DNA of 64,000 nt from a virus. Positions within the stretch are counted from its first letter, which is position 1. Every line of letters starts with the position of its first letter. Where the stretch lies: positions 10,302 to 74,301 of IMG/VR virus record IMGVR_UViG_3300044632_001398; one strand, written 5' to 3'. The notes under the pieces are model-generated. The model searched no databases. It saw only the letters and a list, made by a program, of their open reading frames with translations, and was not told where the DNA came from. Made by a program: the position numbers and the translations under genes. This document shows, piece by piece, positions 48,002 to 58,051 of this stretch.

Positions 48002-48999
48002 TACTTTTTAGTTTTCCAAAATGAATATATTCCTTTATCTAGTTCATAAGAAGGCCAAACAAAACGTTCTCTAATTGGTTGAGTTTTAACCCATTCCCAC
48101 ATTTTTGTTAATCCCTCTTTTAAATCTGTCTTATGTTCAAAATCCAATAAATCAACTGATTTTTGCCATGTTGGTATTGAATGTTTAACTTCGTGTCTAC
48201 CCTCAAAATATTTTACTTCTCCTCCACCAACAACTTCACGTAATGTTTCATTTGCCTCATTGATGGAGTATTCTTTAATCCCACCTAAATTTATTATTTG
48301 TTTAGATGCTCTCATATCCTGTGACGCCTTCCACAATGGTTCAATACTATCATCAATATAACTAAATGCTCTTGTTTGGGTACCATCACCAAATATTGTC
48401 ATTGGTTCATTTATAGTATGTTGATACATCCATATACCTAACACATTTCTATATTTGTCCCATATATTCTGTTTAACACCATATACATTGTGAGGTCTAA
48501 TAATACACCAATCAAGTCCGTGATGTTCACCAGCAATCTGTATATCCATTTCACAACCATATTTAGCCACACCATACGGGTCAATAGGTTTCTGTTGTTG
48601 ATCCTCATCAAATATGCCACCATAACCATGACCGTACACAGCTAAAGTTGATGTAAATACTAAACGTTTAATGTCGTATCTAATACATTCGTTAATAATA
48701 CGAGATGTTGCAACCAAATTATTTTGATAGTTGTAACTCCTAATAAATGGTGATAAACCCTCCGCCGCATATGCCGCTAAATGATAAACATAATCAAATT
48801 GATGTCTTTCAAAACATTCTTGAATATTTCCATTCACCAAATTCATTTCCCATAATTCTACTTTAGGATTCACATTTTCTCTATAACCACCACTCATATC
48901 GTCTATTCCAACAACATGAACTTCAGGATGATTTTCAATAATGTAATCAGATAGTCTTGAACCCAATAAACCAGCAACTCCTGTAATTAAAATTTTCAT
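48001..48999 (-). CDS. NAD-dependent epimerase/dehydratase
   Basis: ITGVAGLLGS, HLAAYAAEGLS, PYGVAK, RPHNVYG, GDGTQTRAF. Confidence 0.9.
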   Translation of the reverse strand: MKILITGVAGLLGSRLSDYIIENHPEVHVVGIDDMSGGYRENVNPKVELWEMNLVNGNIQECFERHQFDYVYHLAAYAAEGLSPFIRSYNYQNNLVATSRIINECIRYDIKRLVFTSTLAVYGHGYGGIFDEDQQQKPIDPYGVAKYGCEMDIQIAGEHHGLDWCIIRPHNVYGVKQNIWDKYRNVLGIWMYQHTINEPMTIFGDGTQTRAFSYIDDSIEPLWKASQDMRASKQIINLGGIKEYSINEANETLREVVGGGEVKYFEGRHEVKHSIPTWQKSVDLLDFEHKTDLKEGLTKMWEWVKTQPIRERFVWPSYELDKGIYSFWKTKK

Positions 49000-49607
49000 A
49001 CTTTATAATAATTCTCTTTTAAATCGTTTTCGTTTATAAATTCTTTTTTTCTCATAATGACTTGATAACCATTATGTATTATTTCTAAATATTTGTGATA
49101 TCCGTGATAGAACGCATCGGCACCAACTTTAACTTGGAGATATTGTGCCTGTTCTAATCCACCACCGTAATCATCAAATATAATATAACCATTATTTTTC
49201 AAACAGTAAAATGCATTTACCGCATCTTCTAAAACATATTTTGACATATGATTACCATCAATGTAAACAAAGTCTAAAAATTCTTTAGTCTCACCACTAT
49301 GATTAAATGTTTTAAAACTATCGGCGGACTCACCTAAAATATATGTGACCTTATTTTTATATGGTTTTATATTATTCTCAATATATTCGTTGGTGTTAAT
49401 ATCCATAATATAATGATGAGAACCATCTATTTTACAAAAATTTTCTAAGATATAAACTGAAGATCCACCATATAATGCACCTATCTCTAAACACACTCTT
49501 GGTTCATTACCATAGTTAGGTAAGAAGTGTTCCCATGCTGGTAAATGGTCTACAAAAAATATTCTCTCATCTGGATATTTGAAGTGATTTGGATATTGAT
49601 AACTCAT
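48996..49607 (-). CDS. Class I SAM methyltransferase (Methyltransf_24-like)
   Basis: LEIGALYGGS, DFVYIDGNH, IFDDY. Confidence 0.85.
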   Translation of the reverse strand: MSYQYPNHFKYPDERIFFVDHLPAWEHFLPNYGNEPRVCLEIGALYGGSSVYILENFCKIDGSHHYIMDINTNEYIENNIKPYKNKVTYILGESADSFKTFNHSGETKEFLDFVYIDGNHMSKYVLEDAVNAFYCLKNNGYIIFDDYGGGLEQAQYLQVKVGADAFYHGYHKYLEIIHNGYQVIMRKKEFINENDLKENYYKV

Positions 49608-49622
49608 AATATATTATAGTAA

Positions 49623-50048
49623 TTATTTTATTTTTGTTTTTAAAATAGTCGTTGAAATTCCCTCAGTATATGGAATATAAATTAATAAAATGTTATTTTC
49701 GTCTAACCATTCTTGAGTGAAATTCATTTGTTTGTAATAATCTTTTTTCGCCCAATCTGAACCAATAACAACAAAATCAGGATTCACGGATAAAATCGTT
49801 GGCTTTGAGTCCTCACCTTCAGAGTTAGGTATAATTTTATCAACATACTTACATGATTCTAACATTTTTTTTCTACCCTCATATGATATTATTGGTTTTG
49901 ATTTTTTATATCGTTCAATAAACTCATCGGTGTTTAATGAAACAATAACATAATCACCTATTTTTTTACAATTTTTTAAAAAATTCACATGACCAGGGTG
50001 AAATAAATCAAATGTCCCTCCTGTATAAACTATTTTCTGTTTCTCCAT
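49623..50048 (-). CDS. Cytidylyl/adenylyltransferase (TagD/HldC-like)
   Basis: GGTFDLFHPGH, LNTDEF, K..P, GSDW, YTEGISTT. Confidence 0.85.
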   Translation of the reverse strand: MEKQKIVYTGGTFDLFHPGHVNFLKNCKKIGDYVIVSLNTDEFIERYKKSKPIISYEGRKKMLESCKYVDKIIPNSEGEDSKPTILSVNPDFVVIGSDWAKKDYYKQMNFTQEWLDENNILLIYIPYTEGISTTILKTKIK

Positions 50049-50704
50049 TTTTTAACTATTTCGGTTTTTATTGACTCTATATCAGTATTTGGACTTACAC
50101 AATTGGAATTTGTATAAAATGGTACAACATTATTTAATATATTTTCATGTGTAAAAACAATACCTAAAAGTCGTTCCATGGATTCCGATTCACTTTTATT
50201 TGTTGGTAAAATATTACTAACACCATTTAGATGTAAAATATCTAACACATTCCTTGATATTAAAAAAGAATTAAATTGTATCATTTTAAATCCACTATTT
50301 AAGTATCTATATTTTGTTGTACTTAATTTTTCTTTAACCCACTCTTTATGTAGATATGTTGTGTGAGCCCAATCGTCACAAAAGTTAATTGGTTTAAAAT
50401 CTAAATTTTTATACTTTTCTAATGAATCTGTCAAATACATTGAATCTTGTAAAAAAACATACTTCTCGTCATAAAAATTTTTATATACATGCCACATCCC
50501 ACCAGATTCGTAATTTACATTTGAAATATCACAAACAATTACATTTTTCATTTCTAAATCTGAAAAGTGTGACTTGTCACTTGAACATGAATCTACAACC
50601 ACTATTTTATCATTCGGATGAAATTTTTGAATACTATCTATACAACAAAATAAATCTGTTTTATGTATATCAGATTCACATTTACTTACAATACTAAAAA
50701 TCAT
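50030..50704 (-). CDS. Putative GT-A glycosyltransferase
   Basis: SI..FHP..IVVVDS.S, YE.G, FLQDS, MER..G. Confidence 0.55.
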   Translation of the reverse strand: MIFSIVSKCESDIHKTDLFCCIDSIQKFHPNDKIVVVDSCSSDKSHFSDLEMKNVIVCDISNVNYESGGMWHVYKNFYDEKYVFLQDSMYLTDSLEKYKNLDFKPINFCDDWAHTTYLHKEWVKEKLSTTKYRYLNSGFKMIQFNSFLISRNVLDILHLNGVSNILPTNKSESESMERLLGIVFTHENILNNVVPFYTNSNCVSPNTDIESIKTEIVKKWRNRK

Positions 50705-50706
50705 TT

Positions 50707-51327
50707 TTAAATTTTTGAATAATAATTATTTTGTTTTTCCTGACGTTCAATTGTCTTATGGTGTTGAATACAATATTCTTCATCTAACGGTAACGATGAA
50801 AATTTCTGACCACCAACTATTCGTTCATGAACTTTACCGTACCAACTCATTCCTTTACGATATATACGTCCTTGAGCATCTGGAAAGTTTACCCACCCTT
50901 TATCATTAATACTCCATCCCCATTTGTTTATGTGTTCTTGTGTTATACCGTTTACCGTATTAATACGAGGAACAAATATTAAATCAACCTTAGGATTTAA
51001 TTCCAGTATTGTATTAAGATTTTTAACAACATGTTCACTAATCATTTCGTCAGCATCTAATTGATATATGTAATCACCCGTACAATATTCATTCAATTTG
51101 TTTTTCCAATCGGCAAAGTTTCCTTCAAATCCAAATCCCCTCCACGTTTGTACGTTAGGTTTAATATTATAAGGTAATAGAAAATCTAATATTTCAGGAT
51201 TGCCGTTCTTCTCATCATATAAGATTACAATTTCATCTTGTATTCTTTTATGTTCCAAAATAAATGGAACTAATCTTTTAATTTCTTCCAGTTCATTACA
51301 AACTGTTATTGCAAAACTTATTTTCAT
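50707..51327 (-). CDS. GT2 glycosyltransferase
   Basis: AITVCNE, FADWKN, QLDADE, VPRIN, PD.Q.R, VHE. Start inferred at MKISF. Confidence 0.85.
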   Translation of the reverse strand: MKISFAITVCNELEEIKRLVPFILEHKRIQDEIVILYDEKNGNPEILDFLLPYNIKPNVQTWRGFGFEGNFADWKNKLNEYCTGDYIYQLDADEMISEHVVKNLNTILELNPKVDLIFVPRINTVNGITQEHINKWGWSINDKGWVNFPDAQGRIYRKGMSWYGKVHERIVGGQKFSSLPLDEEYCIQHHKTIERQEKQNNYYSKI

Positions 51328-51328
51328 A

Positions 51329-51568
51329 TTATGCTCTTTGTCCTCCATTCCAATCTGTTGTTATTTGTCTGACTATATTTTCATCTATTTCTCTTGCAAT
51401 TTCTTCTGACAACATTCTTGTTAATTCAATTTCAGTATTTAATCCTATATTCGTAATTAATTCATCTGCCAAATCAGGTCTCCATTGTGCTCGTAGTGTC
51501 CTAACGATATTTTGAATACCTTCTGATTGAATTGTTATCCCATGAAAAAATCTAAACTCTCTAATCAT
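51329..51568 (-). CDS. Small protein resembling an internal segment of T4-like major capsid protein gp23
   Basis: RTLRAQWRPDLADEL..GLNTEIELTRMLSEEIAREIDENIV resembles the recalled gp23 pattern R.LKA.W..ELAQDL..HG.DAE.EL..ILS.EI..EI.RE.I. Start inferred at MIREF. Confidence 0.6.
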   Translation of the reverse strand: MIREFRFFHGITIQSEGIQNIVRTLRAQWRPDLADELITNIGLNTEIELTRMLSEEIAREIDENIVRQITTDWNGGQRA

Positions 51569-51797
51569 TTTCTCTTTCTCTTGCGAATAATTTAAATACT
51601 TTACCGTTATCATTGAACGTCATTTCCGCATTGTTAGTCGGATTTAAACGGATACTACATTCATTAGGACCATTGGCAAAAACGACAGGTTCCTCATCAC
51701 CAAATTGAAAACAAAATTCAACATCTGAAGGTTCAAATGCGACCGGAGTAAAATATAATCTTGGTGTTTCATCACCTTTAAAAAATTTAAAATCCAT
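51561..51797 (-). CDS. Hypothetical protein
   Basis: 78-aa ORF in the operon; begins MDFKFFKG. Confidence 0.6.
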   Translation of the reverse strand: MDFKFFKGDETPRLYFTPVAFEPSDVEFCFQFGDEEPVVFANGPNECSIRLNPTNNAEMTFNDNGKVFKLFAREREND

Positions 51798-52336
51798 TAC
51801 GGTTTTTTAATGATTAAAAGTTTATTATTACATTCTAATTTAAATTCCAAATCACCATTTTTGAATTGTTCTATTGTTAAATGACTATCATGTGCATGTA
51901 CATCCTCTATAATATAATAACCACCTGATTTTACATGTTTATATAGTGTGTTAAATGTTATCATTTGATGGTTATGTAAATGACTACCGTCATCAATAAT
52001 AATATCGTATTCGCTACCAAATTTTTCAATTGCATTATTTAAATCGTCCATACTTCCTTGGTCACCTTTAAATGTATGTATCTTTTCATCGTCAAATCTT
52101 GAACAATCTTTGATATCAAAACCAACGAAAAATAAATCGTTGAAATACTCGCTCCATAAATGAACTGATGAGTTCAAATATCTTGGGTCGTTAATACCAA
52201 TTTCAAAAAGTCTAATGTGTTTTTCTCTATACTCATTAAACAATTCATCATAAAGTAATGTGTATGAATGTTTTTCAAAATGTTCGGTACCTTTATCAAT
52301 ACCTAGTCTGTTCGCTATCTCTGTTAAATTTGTCAT
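51797..52336 (-). CDS. Class I SAM methyltransferase (sugar O-methyltransferase-like)
   Basis: DKG..HSY..Y, FEIG, GDQ, DIIIDDGSH, GGYYIIED. Confidence 0.8.
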   Translation of the reverse strand: MTNLTEIANRLGIDKGTEHFEKHSYTLLYDELFNEYREKHIRLFEIGINDPRYLNSSVHLWSEYFNDLFFVGFDIKDCSRFDDEKIHTFKGDQGSMDDLNNAIEKFGSEYDIIIDDGSHLHNHQMITFNTLYKHVKSGGYYIIEDVHAHDSHLTIEQFKNGDLEFKLECNNKLLIIKKP

Positions 52337-52339
52337 ATA

Positions 52340-53590
52340 TTATATTTTAAATAAACTTGGTAATACTAAATTAGTATATTCAGGTATTTTTACCTTAGGT
52401 TCTAAAATAGATTTAAATTTTTTAGTCATTTCATCTAAAGAAAAATTTGTTTCGTTTTCTTCTTTTAATGATTTAGATTTTTCCAACATAGAGTCATATT
52501 CATTAACCACTAATCTCAAAACAGAAACAACTTCATCATAATTTGCGGTAAACCATTTAGAACCTTTAATAATGAAAGAATCTATTGAACTTTCATGAAC
52601 ATCAGTCAACGTACCACCAATCATTACAGATTTATCCATGGGTAAAAAATCTTTATGACCAGACCAATTGGAAGCAATCACAGGTTTACCTGTCATTGTG
52701 AATTCAAGTAATGGTCTACCAAATCCCTCACCCTTAGTTATACTAACCATAGATTTAATTTTGGGGTGATTATATAAATCATTCATTTCTTTGTTTGTTA
52801 ATTCACCGAACAAAAGATATATAGATGGTGGGTTTTCAATATCACCAACAATCTCTTTGATTCTTTTTCTAAAATTTTCTCTTTCTTTTACTGAGAAATT
52901 CGCTGAAGAAGTTTTCAAAACTAATGCCGGTTTATCAGATTCATTTTTAAAAGCCTCAACAAAACATCTTATTAACATACCCACATCTTTTCTGTCTTGT
53001 CCTAAATTACCTTTTAACCAATGACCAACAAAAAGATATGCAAAATTTTCCTTAATATCTAATTTAAAGTCATCATTTATTTTATCGTTATAAATTGATG
53101 TATCAACTCCTTCAAACAAAACCTCAATTGGTTTTTCAATTTTATGTTGTTTTACAATCACATTTGTTTTACTATCCTTTTCAGTGTATACTGTATTAGT
53201 TAATATTTCTTTAGAAAAATTAGATGTTGTAATAATCAAATCCATTTTATTACAACCATCAATCCATTCTTTAGGCGCAACTGTAGTTTCAATACCTGCG
53301 GTTATACCAATATTTAACTTACCAAATCTTTGAAATTCATTCGGTACAGTAACTTGAATATAAACTTCTGGTAATCCCTGAAATTCATTTACAATATTAC
53401 TTTCAATCCATTTATGGAAAAGATTATCACCTTCAAGTGCGGTTAATGGTGTACTCCCCCAACCACAACTATCAATACTAATGTCAAACATATCCATTTT
53501 ATATAGTGACTCTAATAAGTCTCTTGAATGTGAACCATATCCACTTCTTGTTTTAACGGGACCTCTAAATAATAATTTCGGTTTATTCAT
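52340..53590 (-). CDS. GT4 glycosyltransferase
   Basis: TRSGYG.HSR, TAGIET, FVGHW..DRK, GEGFGRPLLE, WSGH.DF. Confidence 0.85.
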   Translation of the reverse strand: MNKPKLLFRGPVKTRSGYGSHSRDLLESLYKMDMFDISIDSCGWGSTPLTALEGDNLFHKWIESNIVNEFQGLPEVYIQVTVPNEFQRFGKLNIGITAGIETTVAPKEWIDGCNKMDLIITTSNFSKEILTNTVYTEKDSKTNVIVKQHKIEKPIEVLFEGVDTSIYNDKINDDFKLDIKENFAYLFVGHWLKGNLGQDRKDVGMLIRCFVEAFKNESDKPALVLKTSSANFSVKERENFRKRIKEIVGDIENPPSIYLLFGELTNKEMNDLYNHPKIKSMVSITKGEGFGRPLLEFTMTGKPVIASNWSGHKDFLPMDKSVMIGGTLTDVHESSIDSFIIKGSKWFTANYDEVVSVLRLVVNEYDSMLEKSKSLKEENETNFSLDEMTKKFKSILEPKVKIPEYTNLVLPSLFKI

Positions 53591-53591
53591 G

Positions 53592-54950
53592 TTATACTAT
53601 CTTATATAAATCAAATCTTTTTTTAGGACTAAAATTATCAATTGCTTGATTAATTCCTTCTGTCATTTTTTCACACATAATTGTAGATGATAAATTTTTA
53701 ATTGCCCATTCTCTACCAACTAAACCTCTTCTCTTTCTTTCTTCTCTCCCCATTTCATAAAACTTCATGATTGCATTTGCAACATCTTCATCGTTTACTC
53801 TATCATCAAAGATATACGGAGTTGCAACTGAACCATTAAGATTAATAGCTGAGGACCATATTGGTTCTACCCATTCACCATAAGGTGTATTTTCGTATTC
53901 TTTTTTATTGTGTAAAGTACCGATTTTTATGTAATCATCCGCATCATAAGGGAAACCACATTGGTCTTGTAAACCACCTGTTACATTCACTATGATAGGT
54001 GTCCCACTCATAAGACTCTCAGTGGTACCTAAACCAAAACCTTCGTTGTTTGCAATATTAATTGTTACATCCACAATATTATATAATTCGTTTAATTTTT
54101 CTGGTTCAATTTTAACGTAGGTCATTTTTACTTCGTAGTCTGGACAAATAGCATCTTTAACAGCGTACAAGTCAGTACCATTTTGGTCAATCGGGGTTGT
54201 GTGCATTAATAGTAAACATCTATCTGCCTTTTCTTTTGGTAATTTATCACAAAAAAGTTTGTATGAATAGATTACATCTGATGGTTGTTTCCTACGAATG
54301 TTTCTACTGTTATAAAATAAAACAAAATCATAATCATTGTGATTTGCAATTTCTTTGATGTCGTCTGATAACACATCAACAGGTTTGAATATTTGTTCGT
54401 TTATTCCGTGAGGGACATAACTAATTTGCCAATCTTCCAAAGGTTTCCAAGTTGATTTATTTTCTAACTTACCCACACGATGAACAATACCATAAGTTTG
54501 TTTAGAAATGCAACCTAACCAATCACAACTTTCATAATAATCTCTATTATATTTTGGATCAGGTAAGTTATCCCAAATGTGATAATAGAGGATAGGACAA
54601 ATTTGTCTAATTTCATGTTCATTATCGTATAACCATTGCCAATAATGAGGATCGGTAAAATGTAATATTGCGTCAATTTTTTCAGTTGCTAATATTTTTC
54701 TAATAACATTGATATTACCGTATCCATCAAATGGAATGATTTTAACGTCGGCATCAAGAACACCAGTTCTCTTTCTTACATCATCACTGACATCAACCAT
54801 TTTACCATTTTCAGGATGTTTAACTGCGGCACCAATTTGTAACCAATCAAATTTGTCAACCGTACCCAAAACAAATTCTTTTGACATTGTACCTATACCC
54901 GATGTAACTCTAATATCATCAGATAATAATAAAATTTTTCTTTTACTCAT
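53592..54950 (-). CDS. GT4 glycosyltransferase
   Basis: LSDD.R..SG, HFTDP, IWD, PHG, RNIRRK, NEGFGL..E..GTP..TGGLQDQ. Start inferred at MSKRK. Confidence 0.85.
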   Translation of the reverse strand: MSKRKILLLSDDIRVTSGIGTMSKEFVLGTVDKFDWLQIGAAVKHPENGKMVDVSDDVRKRTGVLDADVKIIPFDGYGNINVIRKILATEKIDAILHFTDPHYWQWLYDNEHEIRQICPILYYHIWDNLPDPKYNRDYYESCDWLGCISKQTYGIVHRVGKLENKSTWKPLEDWQISYVPHGINEQIFKPVDVLSDDIKEIANHNDYDFVLFYNSRNIRRKQPSDVIYSYKLFCDKLPKEKADRCLLLMHTTPIDQNGTDLYAVKDAICPDYEVKMTYVKIEPEKLNELYNIVDVTINIANNEGFGLGTTESLMSGTPIIVNVTGGLQDQCGFPYDADDYIKIGTLHNKKEYENTPYGEWVEPIWSSAINLNGSVATPYIFDDRVNDEDVANAIMKFYEMGREERKRRGLVGREWAIKNLSSTIMCEKMTEGINQAIDNFSPKKRFDLYKIV

Positions 54951-54951
54951 T

Positions 54952-55149
54952 TTAATATTTTGAATCAATTAATTTTAAATCAGAGTAACTGTTTATCTTT
55001 TCACGAAAAGATTCGTCTTTATTATATAAATCTAAAGACCTATTAACTAATTTTTGTAAATTAATTTCACCATCAATCGCTTTCACTTTAAATTTCTTAT
55101 AAAGGTCCTCAACGAGATGTACACTTGTTAATTTATGATTTTTTTTCAT
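54952..55149 (-). CDS. Ribbon-helix-helix-like DNA-binding protein
   Basis: LTSVHL (beta strand) ..LYKKFK (helix) ..LQKLVNRSLDLY (helix). Confidence 0.55.
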   Translation of the reverse strand: MKKNHKLTSVHLVEDLYKKFKVKAIDGEINLQKLVNRSLDLYNKDESFREKINSYSDLKLIDSKY

Positions 55150-55243
55150 AGTAAAAATATATATATAATTATATATTAAGTAAATAAAAAAATCACTAAT
55201 ATTAATGATATTTTTATTTATCGTCTATATTAGTGATATCTTA

Positions 55244-55414
55244 TTAAGAACTAACTTGATTTAATTTTGAGATAATCTCATCAACCGTTTTTTGTTGTTC
55301 TTCGGTTAAGGTTACGTTAGTATCTTGTTGCATTAACGCCTCATCAATAGTAACGGTTATTTCTGTAGGTTGTTCTACAGTTGTTTGTTTGTTTTTTTTA
55401 CAGCCGCATCCCAT
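55244..55414 (-). CDS. 56-aa protein starting MGCGCKK (absent from ORF track)
   Basis: Manual translation; TATTTATA motif on the minus strand at 55428-55435. Confidence 0.65.
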   Translation of the reverse strand: MGCGCKKNKQTTVEQPTEITVTIDEALMQQDTNVTLTEEQQKTVDEIISKLNQVSS

Positions 55415-55435
55415 AATAGTAGTTTTTTATAAATA

Positions 55436-56701
55436 TTATTGTTTTAATCTTCTATTCCATTCTTTTTTTGAAATTGTTATAAAATTTTTTGAAAACCCAT
55501 CATAATTGTAGTCCTCCCAAAATTTATCTAACATAAAATCTTCAAAATCAGCTTTTACTTTTACGAAATCACAATTTGTCGTCACTTTATTCCATAATGT
55601 CAAATATGATATTGTATTTGGATGTGCACCGTAATCACATATCATATCTAAAGGACCAAAGTGTTCCTCACTGTGTTCATGTAGATTAATATAACCAACT
55701 TCTTTGAAATTATCAATAGTCCATTCATCAATACCTCCTCTCCTAAATTTTTCATTTTCATAAAACCATATATTTTTCATATCTAACATATCAATTTCGG
55801 TTTTTGTTTCGGGTAAAACAACTTCAATATCAAGATTTATGTCATTTTTGGGATTGAAGTGTTCATTTAATTGATAATCGGAAAAACTGTTGCTCTTTGA
55901 AATATAGGGAGGTACTAAATTATGGGATATTAAAGAATCATGATTAGATTTAAACCAATTAGATAAACTGGACTGCATAAAATGAAAATTATATTTAATT
56001 CCTACTGATTTAAAATAATTTTGAGTCTTAATTATATTATTTAAATAATCTTTTATTTTTTTCTCAATTGGGTAACTATCGTGTAGTTTTTTTGAAAACT
56101 CAATTAATTTACCGTAATCTTCGTTTATATTTGAAAAATCTTTAACATTCATCACCGAGGGAGTAATATAAATACGATTTGATATTTTACCAATATTATA
56201 AAACGGAACCGATGACCTTATCTTTAATAAATTAAAGAGTTCGTTAGATATTGTTCTATCCCTTATTAATAGATTATCTTTATTAATGTCTTCATAAAAA
56301 AATAAATTATCTCTATTCCAATTAAATTTATTTAAATCTAATTTAAAATTATGAAAGGGATGTATTGAAAATCTATTCCATTGGGACCACTCAACTAAAG
56401 AATAGATGTTATTTGGATGAACACCTAATTCCAATAGTTTATTACAAACATAAATGATTGAATCGGACTGCCAATCTGAACCTTGACTACCTAAGGATAC
56501 GTTCAAAACAATAACATTATCACTAATTTCTAACCAATTAGTGTTATATTGATTGTATAAAGTTTGATTAATTTTATTAGATTCAACAGTTCTATTAATT
56601 AAATTAAACGGTTTAAATACACTATTGGTCAATAAACCATAACTACAGCCAGATGAGACAATAAATTTATATTGATTTAAATTTTTTAATTCCATTAACA
56701 T
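55436..56701 (-). CDS. SGNH-like protein, long form
   Basis: SSGCSY, N.SLGSQG, EWS..R, GAHPN. Confidence 0.55.
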   Translation of the reverse strand: MLMELKNLNQYKFIVSSGCSYGLLTNSVFKPFNLINRTVESNKINQTLYNQYNTNWLEISDNVIVLNVSLGSQGSDWQSDSIIYVCNKLLELGVHPNNIYSLVEWSQWNRFSIHPFHNFKLDLNKFNWNRDNLFFYEDINKDNLLIRDRTISNELFNLLKIRSSVPFYNIGKISNRIYITPSVMNVKDFSNINEDYGKLIEFSKKLHDSYPIEKKIKDYLNNIIKTQNYFKSVGIKYNFHFMQSSLSNWFKSNHDSLISHNLVPPYISKSNSFSDYQLNEHFNPKNDINLDIEVVLPETKTEIDMLDMKNIWFYENEKFRRGGIDEWTIDNFKEVGYINLHEHSEEHFGPLDMICDYGAHPNTISYLTLWNKVTTNCDFVKVKADFEDFMLDKFWEDYNYDGFSKNFITISKKEWNRRLKQ

Positions 56702-56739
56702 TTCTTATATTATAAAATATACGAAAAATTAAAATAAAA

Positions 56740-57414
56740 ATGGATAAGGATTTTAAAATGGTTAAAAGTGTCTACACCTCAAACTACGATGCAATTAGAA
56801 ATATAATGGATTTATATGGTATTGAAAGATTTGACTTAGATTGTACATATTCTAAAGGTAATTTTTGGAAAGACCTACCATCACCTGTTAATAAATCTGA
56901 CATATATCCCGTTAATGATAGTGTAGTTGAGGCTAGTTCTGAGAATTTACCTTATGAAGATGGATCAATGAAAAATATTATGTTTGACCCACCATTTGTT
57001 ATTGCGGGTAAATCCTATAAAGGTAATAAAGAGGGAAGTTCAATTATTGCTAAGAGATTTGAGGGTTATGAGACATATAACCACCTAAAAAACCATTATT
57101 TTAACACTTTGAAGGAATTGTACCGAGTTTGTGAGAAAGGTGGTCACGTGGTCTTTAAATGTCAAGACACGGTATCTGGTGGTAAGAATCACTTCTCTCA
57201 CGTTATGGTAATGAATATGGCTCAAGAATTAGGATTTTATCCAAGAGATTTATTCATATTAACTTCTAATGTCCGCATCAATAGTTTTGGCACTAAGTGG
57301 ACTAAACAAGAACATGCTCGTAAGTACCACAGTTATTTTTGGGTATTTGAGAAAGTGAAACCAAGAGTTAAGTATGATATTGTAACACCCACAACAATTG
57401 AAGAAAATGATTGA
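56740..57414 (+). CDS. DNA amino-methyltransferase (N6A/N4C)
   Basis: D.TYSKG.FW, FDPPF, E..RV..GG..VFKCQD, HAR..HSYF.VF. Confidence 0.75.
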   Translation: MDKDFKMVKSVYTSNYDAIRNIMDLYGIERFDLDCTYSKGNFWKDLPSPVNKSDIYPVNDSVVEASSENLPYEDGSMKNIMFDPPFVIAGKSYKGNKEGSSIIAKRFEGYETYNHLKNHYFNTLKELYRVCEKGGHVVFKCQDTVSGGKNHFSHVMVMNMAQELGFYPRDLFILTSNVRINSFGTKWTKQEHARKYHSYFWVFEKVKPRVKYDIVTPTTIEEND

Positions 57415-57640
57415 TATTAAAGTAAGATGGAATACATTATGTGATGATAATCACACGTTTTGGAGAATTCTAATCGATGGAGTAGAGTGGACGGCATCAA
57501 ATGTAATTATTGAAATACCCGTACACACAACAAGAGATAAAGTATTTGATCCTAAAAGAAACCAACATGTTGATAAACATCATATTAGTTGTCAAGCTAA
57601 CGAGGTCATTTGGAAAGGTGATGTGGTTGTCGTAAAATAA
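57398..57640 (+). CDS. Hypothetical protein
   Basis: 80-aa ORF overlapping the previous stop. Confidence 0.6.
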   Translation: MKKMIDIKVRWNTLCDDNHTFWRILIDGVEWTASNVIIEIPVHTTRDKVFDPKRNQHVDKHHISCQANEVIWKGDVVVVK

Positions 57641-58006
57641 CTACTTAACAGGATTCTGAGGAGACCCCAAGTACATAGAAACTTTGTCCCCGATTTTCCA
57701 ACCATCACAAGTACCTGCAGGAAATTCAATAACATGGTCACCAATACCGGTATATTTTGGTGGATTCATACGATGTGGGTCGGGAGCTGGACAATTTGGA
57801 TGTATTTGATTAATACGATTGTTAAGTACAAACACAATGTCTAATGGGATTAAACAATTCTTCATCCAAAATGAATGATGACCTTTACCCATTTTGAATA
57901 CCATACAACCGTTTAATTCTTTTCTACCCATCATACCTTTTTGAATTTCTTCTGGAGTTGAAAGGTACTCCGCATTAAAACCTTTGTTGTTGATATAAAC
58001 TGACAT
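57641..58006 (-). CDS. DUF192 family protein
   Basis: KGMMGR, M.F, FWMKNCLIPLDIVF, VIE.PAG..GD. Confidence 0.85.
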   Translation of the reverse strand: MSVYINNKGFNAEYLSTPEEIQKGMMGRKELNGCMVFKMGKGHHSFWMKNCLIPLDIVFVLNNRINQIHPNCPAPDPHRMNPPKYTGIGDHVIEFPAGTCDGWKIGDKVSMYLGSPQNPVK

Positions 58007-58051
58007 ATCTATAATTATTTGAATATTGGGATAAATTTATTATATTTGATT

